47,319 bases of DNA from an uncultured Candidatus Saccharibacteria bacterium (GCA_964424375.1 CAYRIH010000002.1:1-47319); one strand, 5' to 3'. Positions 29,017 to 39,100 are shown, counted from the stretch's first letter. Program-made: numbers and translations. Notes: a model not told the origin generated them from the letters alone.

Positions 29017-29856
29017 TTAGATGTTGACTATCATAGATGATAGTAAATTAGTTCCACTTATCTGAGCTCCAATTATAGTTGTACCTGATTGAATGGCAGT
29101 AACTATGCCGTTTTGGTTAACGCTAGCCACATTAGGATTAGTAGAAGTCCATTCCAATGATACATTTGATCTGGAAATGATTTTTTTATTTTGATCCTGG
29201 ATTAGAGGAATAGGGGAGAAATATGACCCAATATGCATTTTGTATTGAAAAGGTATGAGATTTAAGGTAGCTGGTGTTTGAGTGAATAAAATAGAGTTTA
29301 TTACATCTAAATAACTGGTTTTATCTAGGCCAGTTGTGTTAATTTCCCAAAGTTGAGAATTAGTATCAAACTTAATTGTCAGATTGTTATTAGCTACAGT
29401 AACCCATCCACCTTTAGTGGTTTGGTAGCTACCTATTTGATAAATAGTATCATTAATAGTTAAAGTGCCAATGGCTGTGATATATAACCTCCAAATACCA
29501 TTGGTAATCCCATTGATAGTTACCTGAGTGGGGGCAGTGGCCATTAAACTAGTTCCGAAGTTAGCTATACTTCTGGGGTTAGTCCAGGTTTCCATAGAAC
29601 TATTAACACCTTTGATGTCATAACCGAAGTTGATTTTTGATTTTCCGTTAAATATAGAAATACCCTGAGCTTCATTGCTAGATAGAGATTCTATGGCTGA
29701 AGTAGTTATATAAGTGTTAGCTTGCTGATCAATGGGAGCTGCTTGGGATTGACTAAAAACAAACACTAAAACTACAGCCACAGCCATTACAGCTAAAAGC
29801 TCTCTTTCTAAAAGATTAAGACATTGTTTTGCTAGGTGATTTAAAGATTTTTTCAT
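29017..29856 (-). CDS. Secreted protein with C-terminal bacterial Ig-like (Big_2) domain
   Basis: LEWTSTNPNVASVNQNGIVTAIQSGTTIIGAQISG is Big_2-like; signal-like N-terminus. Start moved from the track GTG 29901 (inside a GC-rich hairpin) to ATG 29856; no clear SD. Confidence 0.65.
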   Translation of the reverse strand: MKKSLNHLAKQCLNLLERELLAVMAVAVVLVFVFSQSQAAPIDQQANTYITTSAIESLSSNEAQGISIFNGKSKINFGYDIKGVNSSMETWTNPRSIANFGTSLMATAPTQVTINGITNGIWRLYITAIGTLTINDTIYQIGSYQTTKGGWVTVANNNLTIKFDTNSQLWEINTTGLDKTSYLDVINSILFTQTPATLNLIPFQYKMHIGSYFSPIPLIQDQNKKIISRSNVSLEWTSTNPNVASVNQNGIVTAIQSGTTIIGAQISGTNLLSSMIVNI

Positions 29857-29871
29857 TTGTTTTTGTTTTTT

Positions 29872-29909
29872 GCCTGCCCGCGGGCTGTGCTCGCGAAGCA
29901 CGGCCAGGG
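29872..29909. repeat. GC-rich palindromic element (GCCCGCGGGC at 29876-29885 and GTGCT CGCGA AGCAC at 29887-29901) in an AT-rich spacer
   Basis: Read directly; strongly atypical composition for this genome. Confidence 0.6.
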
Positions 29910-29984
29910 AATCTCATGTATAGATAAAGGTCTACCTATTATTTCATTATATCATAAAATTCTATTTTTGTCAAAGGATTTACC

Positions 29985-30542
29985 TTAATCAAGCTGGTGT
30001 TGAGATAGTAAGGTATATATTGGTCCATGGGAAGTGAGTTGGCTGGCCATCAAGTCAATTGATTCAATTTTGTTAGTTATTTGTTCATTATTTAATTTGT
30101 AACAGCTTTGCAGTTGAGTGTTTTGAATATTAGATAAGGGCGATTTGATTCGGGCCAGTGTAATATGTGAAGAAAACGACTTGGCATCTAAATTAGTTAT
30201 AATCTTTTCTAATTCTTGTCTAATGTGAAGCTGTATCTTAGGAAGTTTAGGAGAGTTAACGCCAATCCAAATAATTCTGGGATTTTGAAGATTGGGGAAG
30301 GATCTAACTTGACCAAGGGTAATGTGAAAAGGTTTGTAGAGGGGAGCTATTTTATTGAGAGTATTTTGTATTTCGGGGATAATGTCTTCATCAACATTTC
30401 CTATAAACTGTAAAGTTAGATGCAGATTATCTATTTTTGTTTTTTTAATATCTTTATCATTAGGCAAACAGTTTAAAACTTGCCCAATTTTTAATTTGGT
30501 TTCATTACTAAGATTTAATGCTATAAATAGTCGTTTTTTCAT
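29985..30542 (-). CDS. thpR: RNA 2',3'-cyclic phosphodiesterase / 2'-5' RNA ligase family (2H)
   Basis: Two HxT motifs: HLTLQFIG and HITLARI. Confidence 0.8.
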   Translation of the reverse strand: MKKRLFIALNLSNETKLKIGQVLNCLPNDKDIKKTKIDNLHLTLQFIGNVDEDIIPEIQNTLNKIAPLYKPFHITLGQVRSFPNLQNPRIIWIGVNSPKLPKIQLHIRQELEKIITNLDAKSFSSHITLARIKSPLSNIQNTQLQSCYKLNNEQITNKIESIDLMASQLTSHGPIYTLLSQHQLD

Positions 30543-30740
30543 AGAAGTAGAAAAGATGTTTATGCCATATATATAAAATGTAACAGAAGCACGAATAATT
30601 TATATATGTTAATTAAATAAAAAGACAGTCATAATGAGTTCTAGAAAATTGATTTCACAGATTAAAGCAAAAAAGATGACACAGTATCTGTAATAATATA
30701 AGCTAATAAAGTAAAGTATCCCTAAAAATTGTTATTATAG

Positions 30741-32063
30741 ATGATTTTCAAAAAAACCGGTTGGTTATTTTTATTGGTTATAGTCGTATTATTAGCTGCT
30801 CTGATAATCGATGTTCCAGCTTTGGCCAAGTTTGTTGGCTTTAAAGATGGTTGGTCAATACATAAAGGATTGGATCTTCAAGGGGGTGCCCATTTGGTTT
30901 ATCAGACAGATTTAAGCAAAATTGAACCCGGTGAAGAAAATGATGCTGTAACTGGTGTTGTAGATGTAATTAGAAGAAGAATTGATGCGTTGGGAGTAGC
31001 AGAGCCAGTTATTCAAAAAACTCATGATAATTCTCGAGTGATTGTGGAATTGCCAGGCATTCAGAATATTAACGAAGCAATTAATTTAATTGGTGAAACG
31101 GCTCAATTAGAATTTAGAGCTGGAATTAAAGATAAAAGTTTAGACGAGAATAATCAATCTAAATCATATAACTATGAAGATTGGGTAGATATTGGTCTAA
31201 CTGGAGCTTATTTTAAGCGAGCTGAAGTATTTATTGATCAAAGTGGTACTTCTATAGTCCGTCGACCTCAAATATCCATTGAATTTGATTCCGAAGGAGC
31301 TAATATTTTTGCTGAGGCCACTAAAGCTAACATTAAAAAGCCTTTGGCTATATTTTTGGACAAAACTTTGCTGTCAGCTCCAATAGTGCAGGATGAAATT
31401 ACTGATGGTAATGCTATCATCAGTGGAGATTTTACATTAGAATCTGCCAGAAAATTAGCAATCCAGCTCAATGCTGGTGCTTTGCCAGTGCCGATTGCTT
31501 TGATTTCTCAAAGTAATATAGGAGCTACTTTAGGTCAGGAATCTGTGGATAAAAGTATAATAGCTGGTGTATTAGGATTACTGTTAGTGTTGTTGTTTAT
31601 GATAATCTATTATCGCTTGCCTGGGCTTATTGCTGCCGTGGCTTTGATTATGTATACCATCATTACCTTGGCAATTTATATTTATATTCCTGTTACTTTA
31701 ACCTTGGCTGGAATTGCTGGGTTTATTATTTCAATTGGTATGGCTATTGATGCTAACATTCTTATATTTGAACGTATGAAAGAAGAATTAAGAGAGGATA
31801 GAAGTGTTGTGGCGGCAGTGGATGCTGGTTTTACCCGGGCTTGGAATTCAATTAGAGATTCTAATGTAGCCACTATAATTACTTGTATAATTCTTTATTA
31901 TTTTGGCTCAGGGCTGATTCGTGGTTTTGCCTTAACTTTGGGCATAGGTGTAATTGTTAGTATGTTTAGTGCCATTACTATTACACATACCTTATTGCGG
32001 TTGGTGGCTGCTACTGGATTAGCGCACAGATTTAAATTATGGGGAGTACGAAAGACAGGATGA
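30741..32063 (+). CDS. secD: Protein translocase subunit SecD
   Basis: KGLDLQGGAHLVYQ, periplasmic domain, C-terminal 6-TM RND-like region. Confidence 0.9.
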   Translation: MIFKKTGWLFLLVIVVLLAALIIDVPALAKFVGFKDGWSIHKGLDLQGGAHLVYQTDLSKIEPGEENDAVTGVVDVIRRRIDALGVAEPVIQKTHDNSRVIVELPGIQNINEAINLIGETAQLEFRAGIKDKSLDENNQSKSYNYEDWVDIGLTGAYFKRAEVFIDQSGTSIVRRPQISIEFDSEGANIFAEATKANIKKPLAIFLDKTLLSAPIVQDEITDGNAIISGDFTLESARKLAIQLNAGALPVPIALISQSNIGATLGQESVDKSIIAGVLGLLLVLLFMIIYYRLPGLIAAVALIMYTIITLAIYIYIPVTLTLAGIAGFIISIGMAIDANILIFERMKEELREDRSVVAAVDAGFTRAWNSIRDSNVATIITCIILYYFGSGLIRGFALTLGIGVIVSMFSAITITHTLLRLVAATGLAHRFKLWGVRKTG

Positions 32064-32956
32064 ATATACTAGGTGTTCGTAAAATTTGGTTTAGTATATC
32101 TTTATTTGTAATAATTATTGGAATTTTAGCTATGAGTTTCTATGGTTATCGTACTGGTATAGATTTTGCTGGCGGAACTATTTTAGAAATACAGATAGAG
32201 ACTTCAAATGATGATTTAAATCATAAACAATTAATAATTGATAGTTATAAAGAAGTGGTTAGTTTAGATGTAGCCGCAGTGACGGTTGATCATAATCGAT
32301 ATATGGTTCGGAGCAAACAAATTGTTAATGACCAGAAAAATGAAATTATAGCTCATTTATTGCAGTATTTTGATAAAGTAGACGAATTAAGATTTGAAAG
32401 TGTTGATCCTAGTATTGGTTATGATGTAATTCGTAAAGCAATTATCGCTGTCATTCTGGCGGTAGTTGGAATCTTGCTATATATAGCTTATTCTTTTAGG
32501 CGCATGTCAGGATCCCTGAATTCATGGCGGTTTAGTATGGCCGCTATAATAGCCTTAGTCCATGATATGTTAATTCTTCTAGGTTTATATGCTATTATAG
32601 GCAAGTTTTTTGGAGCCGAAATTGATGGTATGTTTATTACGGCTGTGCTTACGCTATTAGGTTTTTCGGTGCACGATACCATTGTGACTTTTGATCGAGT
32701 GCGGGAAAATTTGCGGCGCCGGGCTGGTGAAGATATCGAAACAATCATCAATGATAGTATAGTTGAAACAGTAGTGCGCTCTATTAACACTTCTTTTACA
32801 TTACTTTTGGTGTTAGTGGCAATGTTCTTCTTTGGCGGGAGTACACTTAAGTTCTTTGTCCTAGCTTTGATTATAGGTGTAATAGTGGGGACATATTCTT
32901 CTATATTTATTGCCGCCCCCATGCTTTTATGGGGTAGGCAATCAAAACGTAGCTAA
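32060..32956 (+). CDS. secF: Protein translocase subunit SecF
   Basis: MNILGVRKIWFSISL..., GIDFAGGT; ATGA overlap with the secD stop. The track start 32039 lies inside secD. Confidence 0.85.
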   Translation: MNILGVRKIWFSISLFVIIIGILAMSFYGYRTGIDFAGGTILEIQIETSNDDLNHKQLIIDSYKEVVSLDVAAVTVDHNRYMVRSKQIVNDQKNEIIAHLLQYFDKVDELRFESVDPSIGYDVIRKAIIAVILAVVGILLYIAYSFRRMSGSLNSWRFSMAAIIALVHDMLILLGLYAIIGKFFGAEIDGMFITAVLTLLGFSVHDTIVTFDRVRENLRRRAGEDIETIINDSIVETVVRSINTSFTLLLVLVAMFFFGGSTLKFFVLALIIGVIVGTYSSIFIAAPMLLWGRQSKRS

Positions 32957-32975
32957 TAGTTTAAATTTGGTTTAA

Positions 32976-34280
32976 ATGTCTGCTAAACAGAAAATTCAAA
33001 TTCCCAGGGGACTAAAAGATGTTCTTCCCGACGAACAAAAGTATTGGTTTTGGCTGGAAAACAATTTTTATAGTGTTGCTTCTACAGCTGGATTTGAGCG
33101 TATAATTTTGCCAACTTTTGAATCAACTAACCTATTTAAACGTAGCGTAGGAGAATTTACAGATATTGTTAGAAAGGAAATGTATGTTATCAAAGATAAA
33201 AGCGGAAAGAGTATGTCATTGCGGCCAGAAGGTACGGCTAGTGTAGTCAGAGCATATATCGAGCATGGCATGCACACCTTGCCTCAGCCAATTAAATTGT
33301 TTTATTGGGGACCAATGTTTAGATATGACCGTCCACAAGCTGGACGTTTTAGAGAATTTTGGCAATTTGGTTTGGAGGTTTTGGGTGATTCAAATCCACT
33401 TGGGGATGCTTTGTTAATTCAAACAGTGGTTAAATATCATTCAAAGCTTGGACTAAAAGATGTAGTGGTTAAAATTAATAGTTTGGGGACTACTAAATCC
33501 CGAACTAAAATGATATCAGCTTTAACTCGTTTTTTGTCTAAACATAAAAAAGATTTATGTGCTAATTGCCAGCGAAGATTAAAAAATAATCCTTTAAGGG
33601 TACTAGATTGTAAGGTTTCTAATTGTCGATCTATAACGGAAGAAACTGGCACGGTTTTGATAGATAATTTAGATGAAGTTTCTAAGAAACGCTTTACTAA
33701 GGTTTTGGAATACTTGGATGATATGCAAATTAATTATGAGTTAGACCCTAGTTTAGTTCGGGGTTTGGATTACTATACTCACACTTTGTTTGAGGTGGTT
33801 GTCAGAGGGCATGAAGATTTAGCTATTGGTGGCGGAGGTAGATATGATGGTTTAGTTAAACAATTGGGTGGGCCGGATGTTTCATGTATTGGATATGCTG
33901 GTGGAGTTGAAAGAACTATTAATGCATTGAAAAAACAGGCAGTTGATGTACCAAATATGGTTCAATCTGATGTGTTTGTTATACAGCTTAGTGCAAAGGC
34001 TAAGATTAAGTCTATAAAAGTTATTGATGATTTGGATCAAGTTGGTCTTCGAGTATCAAGTTCTATGGGCAGTATCCAAGCTCAATTAAGAGAGGCTAAC
34101 AAAATGAATACTCCATTGGCAATTATTATTGGTGAGCAAGAAGTATATGATAAGAATGTAATTTTGAGAGATATGGAAGATCGTTCCCAGGAGATAGTAT
34201 TAGATCGTAATTTAGTTAAAAAGGTTATTAAAAAATTAGAGGAAAAAGGTATAAATGTGAAAATATTGTCTCATGATTGA
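32976..34280 (+). CDS. hisS: Histidyl-tRNA synthetase
   Basis: Class II motifs: LRPEGTASVVRAY, FRYDRPQAGRFREFWQ, RGLDYYT, GGGRYDGL; anticodon-binding C-terminus. Confidence 0.9.
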   Translation: MSAKQKIQIPRGLKDVLPDEQKYWFWLENNFYSVASTAGFERIILPTFESTNLFKRSVGEFTDIVRKEMYVIKDKSGKSMSLRPEGTASVVRAYIEHGMHTLPQPIKLFYWGPMFRYDRPQAGRFREFWQFGLEVLGDSNPLGDALLIQTVVKYHSKLGLKDVVVKINSLGTTKSRTKMISALTRFLSKHKKDLCANCQRRLKNNPLRVLDCKVSNCRSITEETGTVLIDNLDEVSKKRFTKVLEYLDDMQINYELDPSLVRGLDYYTHTLFEVVVRGHEDLAIGGGGRYDGLVKQLGGPDVSCIGYAGGVERTINALKKQAVDVPNMVQSDVFVIQLSAKAKIKSIKVIDDLDQVGLRVSSSMGSIQAQLREANKMNTPLAIIIGEQEVYDKNVILRDMEDRSQEIVLDRNLVKKVIKKLEEKGINVKILSHD

Positions 34281-34587
34281 TGATCGCTGGGGGGAAATTT
34301 TAGACAAAATTCAAGCTACATTCAATGTGGTGGATCATACTAATACTAAAGATGGCGTTGAAGATATAGAAGCTATAATATTTGACGGACCGGTTGGTCG
34401 AATTAAGCTGATTCGGACAACTCGGCCAGTAATTATTGATAAAAAGATAATAGGTGCTCATAGGAAAGGCAAAAGCAAGGCTCAGTATGAGTATATTTAT
34501 TCTGATACCGAGAAAGTGAGTAGAGTAAGTGCATTTAAGGAAGTTGATGGCCAGTGGCAGGATATTGAAGCTGATAATTTTATCTAA
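34273..34587 (+). CDS. Hypothetical protein (104 aa)
   Basis: ORF overlapping the hisS stop by 8 nt; no motif recognised. Confidence 0.5.
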   Translation: MIDDRWGEILDKIQATFNVVDHTNTKDGVEDIEAIIFDGPVGRIKLIRTTRPVIIDKKIIGAHRKGKSKAQYEYIYSDTEKVSRVSAFKEVDGQWQDIEADNFI

Positions 34588-34608
34588 TTAAATAATTAAT
34601 CTTACTTG

Positions 34609-34671
34609 TCCCGTTAGAAATTTAAATGACGGGAACCAGCAAAACACATTTAACAATAATTTCTAACGGGA
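34609..34671. repeat. CCCGTTAGA-family inverted repeat: perfect 14-bp arms (34609-34622 TCCCGTTAGAAATT; 34658-34671 AATTTCTAACGGGA), 35-nt spacer
   Basis: Read directly; the 3' arm ends on the A of the HIT gene ATG (34671). Confidence 0.8.
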
Positions 34672-35087
34672 TGAACGAAAAGAAAAAGATTAACACTAAA
34701 GACTGTGTATTTTGCCAAATTGTAACTGGTAAGTTGGCTCCTCCCTGTATTAGATATGAAGATGAAGATATTATGGCCTTTGATGATATTAACCCCATTG
34801 CCCCCATACATGTGCAAGTGATTACTAAGAAACATATTGAAAGCTTAGATCAAATTACTAAAAAAGATGAAAAACTGATGGGTAAAGCATTATATGTATG
34901 CAAAGTGCTGGCTCAAAAGTTAGGTATTGCCAAAAATGGATACAGAGTGGTAACTAATATAGGTAAGTGGGGAGCTCAAGTAATACCTCATATCCATTTT
35001 CATCTGATTGGCGGTGTGCCCTTAACTGAAGATTTTGCTATGTATGCAGAAGCTAAAATAGATATTTTGAGCACTAAAAGAATTTGA
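34671..35087 (+). CDS. HIT (histidine triad) family nucleotide hydrolase
   Basis: CVFCQIV N-terminus and HIHFHLIGG triad; start moved from the track (34626) to ATG 34671 (MNEKKK...). Confidence 0.8.
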   Translation: MNEKKKINTKDCVFCQIVTGKLAPPCIRYEDEDIMAFDDINPIAPIHVQVITKKHIESLDQITKKDEKLMGKALYVCKVLAQKLGIAKNGYRVVTNIGKWGAQVIPHIHFHLIGGVPLTEDFAMYAEAKIDILSTKRI

Positions 35088-35118
35088 CTAACAATCTTTA
35101 TCTAGGTATTATTTTGCT

Positions 35119-35322
35119 ATGTCTAGTTATGTAAAAAGAAAAGAAAAAGAAAGTTTTGAAGCTATGATGCGTCGATTTAGACGCATGGTGGTTATGAGTA
35201 AAATTTTAACAGAAGCTAAAGATCGTCGGTTTAAGGTTAAACCGCCCAGTAAAAAGCAATTGCGATTAGCAGCTGTTAGAAAAGAAAAAATTAAGAAGCA
35301 AAGAAAAAAAGATCTTTATTAA
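35119..35322 (+). CDS. rpsU: 30S ribosomal protein S21
   Basis: VKRKEKESFEAMMRRFRRMVVMSKILTEAKDRRFKVKPPSKK pattern. Confidence 0.85.
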   Translation: MSSYVKRKEKESFEAMMRRFRRMVVMSKILTEAKDRRFKVKPPSKKQLRLAAVRKEKIKKQRKKDLY

Positions 35323-35765
35323 TGGATTTTTTAACCAATCTTCAATCAGAAATTACTCAAGCCCTTAAAAACAGGGAGAGTATTAAGTTGCAAACTTTGA
35401 GACTATTGAGCAGTGCTTTACATAATGAAAAAATTACTCAAGGTAAAGAACTGTCTGAGGATGCAATTTGGGCAGTGATTAAACGTGAGGCTAAAAAAAG
35501 AAAAGAGGCTTTTGTCAGTTTTAAAGCAGCTGGTCGAGATGAATCTGCTAGAAAAGAGGAAGCTGAATTAAAGATATTAGAAGCTTATTTACCAGAGATG
35601 ATGAGTGAAGCGGATATTATCAAGTTAGTTGAGAAAACAATAGCTGATCATCCAGAAGCTAATACTGGTCAGATTATTAGTACAGTTATGAAGCAGGCAG
35701 CTGGTCAAGCTGATGGGAGTTTGGTGGCCCAAATTGTTAATAAAAAAATATCCCAAAATAATTAG
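35322..35765 (+). CDS. GatB/YqeY domain protein
   Basis: L...I..ALK.RE..KL.TLRLL.SAL.NE..., typical YqeY; classic rpsU-yqeY linkage. Confidence 0.8.
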   Translation: MDFLTNLQSEITQALKNRESIKLQTLRLLSSALHNEKITQGKELSEDAIWAVIKREAKKRKEAFVSFKAAGRDESARKEEAELKILEAYLPEMMSEADIIKLVEKTIADHPEANTGQIISTVMKQAAGQADGSLVAQIVNKKISQNN

Positions 35766-36215
35766 ATGGCAAGAGTTTTAGTAGGCTATGACACTTATGG
35801 AATAGAAGGGGTGGATAGTGATTTTATCCATTTTATTTTTGACATGGCTTTATCTCATGCGGCTAGTCCTTCGGATTGCGAGGTAGGATTAATCATCACA
35901 TCGGATAAACATATTCAGGAGCTCAACTATCAATATCGTGGAAAAAATCAGCCTACAAATGTTTTATCGTTTCCTGACGAAGATATTGAAGATTCATCGT
36001 TTGCAGAACCCTCAAATAATTATCTGGGCGATATTTATATTTCATTTAGGCACTTAAATCGAGAAGCTAGTAAATTAAATATCTCTTTAAAAGAGCGCTT
36101 TGCGCAATTATTTGTCCATGGCATTTTGCATTTAGTTGGTTTTGACCATCAGGACGACCAAGATGCCAGAGTAATGGAGCATATGGAAAGCAGGATAATT
36201 CAGGCAATTTTATAA
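35766..36215 (+). CDS. ybeY: rRNA maturation endoribonuclease YbeY
   Basis: Metal site HGILHLVGFDH; TNVLSFP motif. Confidence 0.9.
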   Translation: MARVLVGYDTYGIEGVDSDFIHFIFDMALSHAASPSDCEVGLIITSDKHIQELNYQYRGKNQPTNVLSFPDEDIEDSSFAEPSNNYLGDIYISFRHLNREASKLNISLKERFAQLFVHGILHLVGFDHQDDQDARVMEHMESRIIQAIL

Positions 36216-36287
36216 CTTATTTTATCCAGCAATTTGTCTTAATAAGATACCTTACCATATAATGGATTCAGGATTTAGAAAACATAT

Positions 36288-37505
36288 ATGAAGGAAAAAA
36301 TTACTGTTGGTATTGATATAGGTAGTTCAGAGGTGGTGGCTATTATTGGTCATCGTCACGAAGGAGAAACTCATCCCAATATTATTGGTGTAGGAGTACG
36401 TGAAGGTAGTGGCTTACGCAAAGGGGTAGTTACAGATGTAGAAGAAACTGTAACTGCCATTGTTACTTCCTTAGAAGAAGCTGAACGAATGGCTGGGGTT
36501 CCCATAGATAATGTTTATATCAGTATCAATGGTGAACATATTCAAGCATCTAATACTCGGGGTTTAGTTTCAATTGCGGCTCGAGGCGAAATTGTCAACG
36601 ATGATGTTTTACGGGCTATTGAAAGTGCTCAGACAGTAGCTTTACCAGCTAATAGAGAAATTATTCATGTTATCCCGAGAATGTTTATAGTCGATGGTCA
36701 GGAAGGTATTAAAGACCCAGTCGGGATGACCGGAACCAGATTAGAAGTAGATGCCCATGTTATTACTGGTTCCATACCATTTATTAAAAATCTACAAAGG
36801 ACTGCAGAGCAAGCAGGAGTACAAATTGCTAATTTTGTCCTCTCGCCTTTGGCAGCTAGCACAGCAGTATTGTCTAAAAAACAAAAAGAACTAGGTGTAG
36901 TAGTAATTGATATTGGTGCTGGCACAACTGGAATGGTAGTTTTTGAAGAAGGTGATGTATATCATTCTGCAGTTTTACCTATAGGCTCGGGGCATATTAC
37001 AGCGGATATTGCTATTGGTTTGCGAACTTCACTGGATGTGGCAGAAAAAGTAAAGGTGGAATATGGTATGGCTACTCCAGTAACTTTATCAGACAAAGAT
37101 ACTATTGATTTATCTAAGTTTGATAAGTCAGAAGATCAAGTGGCCTCGCGTCGATATATAGCTGAGATTATTGAAGCTCGTCTAATGGAAATCTTTTTGA
37201 TGATTAAGACAGAGTTAAGAAAAGTGGGTCGTGATGGATTGTTACCCGCTGGGGTGGTTTTAGTTGGTGGCGGGTCTAAATTGCCAGGCATTGTAGATAC
37301 AGCTAAAGACTGTTTAGGTTTACCAGCTCAAATTGGTTTTCCAATAGAGTTAAGGGGCATGGTTGATCGGTTAGACGATCCTCGATACGCAACTGCTATA
37401 GGATTAATGATGTGGGGGATGAACGAAGCAAGTGTAATGTCTGCTTATTCTAACAAACCAGACTTTGGTCCTATGCTGGTTCGTATTAGAAATTGGTTTA
37501 AATAG
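36288..37505 (+). CDS. ftsA: Cell division protein FtsA
   Basis: Actin-fold motifs VGIDIGSSEV, VVIDIGAGTT, VLVGGGSKLPG. Confidence 0.9.
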   Translation: MKEKITVGIDIGSSEVVAIIGHRHEGETHPNIIGVGVREGSGLRKGVVTDVEETVTAIVTSLEEAERMAGVPIDNVYISINGEHIQASNTRGLVSIAARGEIVNDDVLRAIESAQTVALPANREIIHVIPRMFIVDGQEGIKDPVGMTGTRLEVDAHVITGSIPFIKNLQRTAEQAGVQIANFVLSPLAASTAVLSKKQKELGVVVIDIGAGTTGMVVFEEGDVYHSAVLPIGSGHITADIAIGLRTSLDVAEKVKVEYGMATPVTLSDKDTIDLSKFDKSEDQVASRRYIAEIIEARLMEIFLMIKTELRKVGRDGLLPAGVVLVGGGSKLPGIVDTAKDCLGLPAQIGFPIELRGMVDRLDDPRYATAIGLMMWGMNEASVMSAYSNKPDFGPMLVRIRNWFK

Positions 37506-37514
37506 ATTTTGGTT

Positions 37515-37549
37515 AAAAGCAAAATTAGCATCAGTAGTTTTGCTTTTTT
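37515..37549 (+). terminator. Intrinsic terminator/attenuator after ftsA
   Basis: AAAAGCAAAA (13-nt loop) TTTTGCTTTT followed by TT. Confidence 0.55.
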
Positions 37550-37769
37550 AATCGTAAATTAACTAAGTTATCCACATTTTTGTAGAGAGCTTATTAAGTG
37601 GTTATAGTGAATTTTTATTGTCTAGCAAGGAAAAATTAGCTAAATTTGGTTTTTTTTGACTTTCTTTATAACCATGGATATAATGATAAGTCGATTAGGT
37701 GGATAAATTGGGGAATAAGTGTGGATTATTATATTTAATTTTTTAATACTTAAACACTTTGGAGGAGAG

Positions 37770-38864
37770 ATGTCAGCAGCAAAAAAAGATATTGATTTTA
37801 TGCAAGATGGAGTATTTGCCCGCATTAAAGTAGTGGGCGTAGGGGGAGGTGGTTCCCATGCAATTAACCGCATGCTTGAATCTAAGATTAAGGGAGTAGA
37901 GTTTGTAGCTATTAATACTGATGCTCAAGATTTGCATCATTGTGATGCCCCCATTAAGGTTCATATTGGAGAAACTACTACTCGTGGACTTGGGGCTGGA
38001 TCAGACCCAGATTTAGGTAAAAAGTCGGCCGAAGAGAACAAAGAAGAAATTTATAATGCTCTTAAGGACGCTGACATGGTTTTTGTAACTTATGGTGCAG
38101 GAGGTGGTACTGGAACAGGTGCTGGTCCAATAGTAGCTGAAATTGCTAGAGAATTAGGGGCACTGACAATTGCAGTAGTTACCAAGCCGTTTTCATTTGA
38201 AGGTTTACGTAGAAAGAAAGTAGCTGAGGAAGGAATTGAAGAGCTGCGAAATAAAGTCGATACACTAATTATTATTCCCAATGATAGACTATTACAGGTA
38301 ATTGATAAAAAGACATCACTGTTTGATGCTTTTTCAGTGGTTGATGATGTTCTGCGCCAAGGTATTCAAGGTATATCTGACTTAATAACTCAGCATGGTA
38401 TGATCAATGTTGATTTTGCTGATGTTAAATCTATTATGGCTAATTCTGGTTCTGCTCTTATGGGTATTGGCCGGGGCACTGGAGACAGTAGAACGTTAGA
38501 GGCTGCTAAACAAGCCATTGATAGTCCTTTATTGGAGTTATCTATAGATGGAGCTAAAGGGATTCTGTTTAATATCACTGGCGGCCCTGATTTAGGCATG
38601 TATGAGATTGATGAAGCAGCTAGAATTATCACTGAGGCGGCTGATCCAGATGCTAACATTATATTTGGTGCTGTAATTGATGAAGCTATGCAGGGAGAAG
38701 TTAAAATTACAGTAGTGGCTACTGGTTTTGATGAAGTAGTTCTTGGTGCTGTGGCTGCACGCAGAAAATCTGAACAACAGCGAAAGGCTGCTGCTACATC
38801 TGAAGAGGATAAAGAAGAAGAGCTAGATGTTCCAGCTTTTATCCGTAAAAAAATAAAAAGCTAA
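37770..38864 (+). CDS. ftsZ: Cell division protein FtsZ
   Basis: [13 protein letters not shown], tubulin signature [11 protein letters not shown]-terminal [10 protein letters not shown]; GGAGGAG SD before ATG 37770 (track start 37719 rejected). Confidence 0.95.
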   Translation: MSAAKKDIDFMQDGVFARIKVVGVGGGGSHAINRMLESKIKGVEFVAINTDAQDLHHCDAPIKVHIGETTTRGLGAGSDPDLGKKSAEENKEEIYNALKDADMVFVTYGAGGGTGTGAGPIVAEIARELGALTIAVVTKPFSFEGLRRKKVAEEGIEELRNKVDTLIIIPNDRLLQVIDKKTSLFDAFSVVDDVLRQGIQGISDLITQHGMINVDFADVKSIMANSGSALMGIGRGTGDSRTLEAAKQAIDSPLLELSIDGAKGILFNITGGPDLGMYEIDEAARIITEAADPDANIIFGAVIDEAMQGEVKITVVATGFDEVVLGAVAARRKSEQQRKAAATSEEDKEEELDVPAFIRKKIKS

Positions 38865-38947
38865 CGACATTTTTCATCGCGTCGTCATTCTGGCTTGTCT
38901 GCCCTGAGCTTATCGAATGGATCCAGAATCTATTACAATTCTATAAA

Positions 38948-38973
38948 AGAGCCTGTATATACAGGCTCTTTTA
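38948..38973 (+). terminator. Intrinsic terminator after ftsZ
   Basis: AGAGCCTGT ATAT ACAGGCTCT followed by TTTT. Confidence 0.8.
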
Positions 38974-39031
38974 AAATACTTTTAAATAAGTTTGATGTTT
39001 TTTGTTTGAGATTAAGATTTTTTAACTGATT

Positions 39032-39060
39032 TTGTAGACCACAATATATTGTGTTACATT
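39032..39060 (+). promoter_or_regulatory. Putative nrdJ promoter (TTGTAG-N17-TACATT) with an NrdR-box-like palindrome CACAATATATTGTG (39040-39053) in the spacer
   Basis: The 14-nt perfect palindrome matches the core of the NrdR-box consensus (acaCwAtATaTwGtgt); hexamer spacing counted by hand. Confidence 0.55.
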
Positions 39061-39100
39061 GGACAGTGCATCACAAAATAATTAAATCTTAGGAGGATTT

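Noticed and set aside
39055-39100. Second NrdR box downstream of the first
   Set aside because: CAGTGCATCACAAA has only a partial half-site resemblance. It is not convincing by eye.
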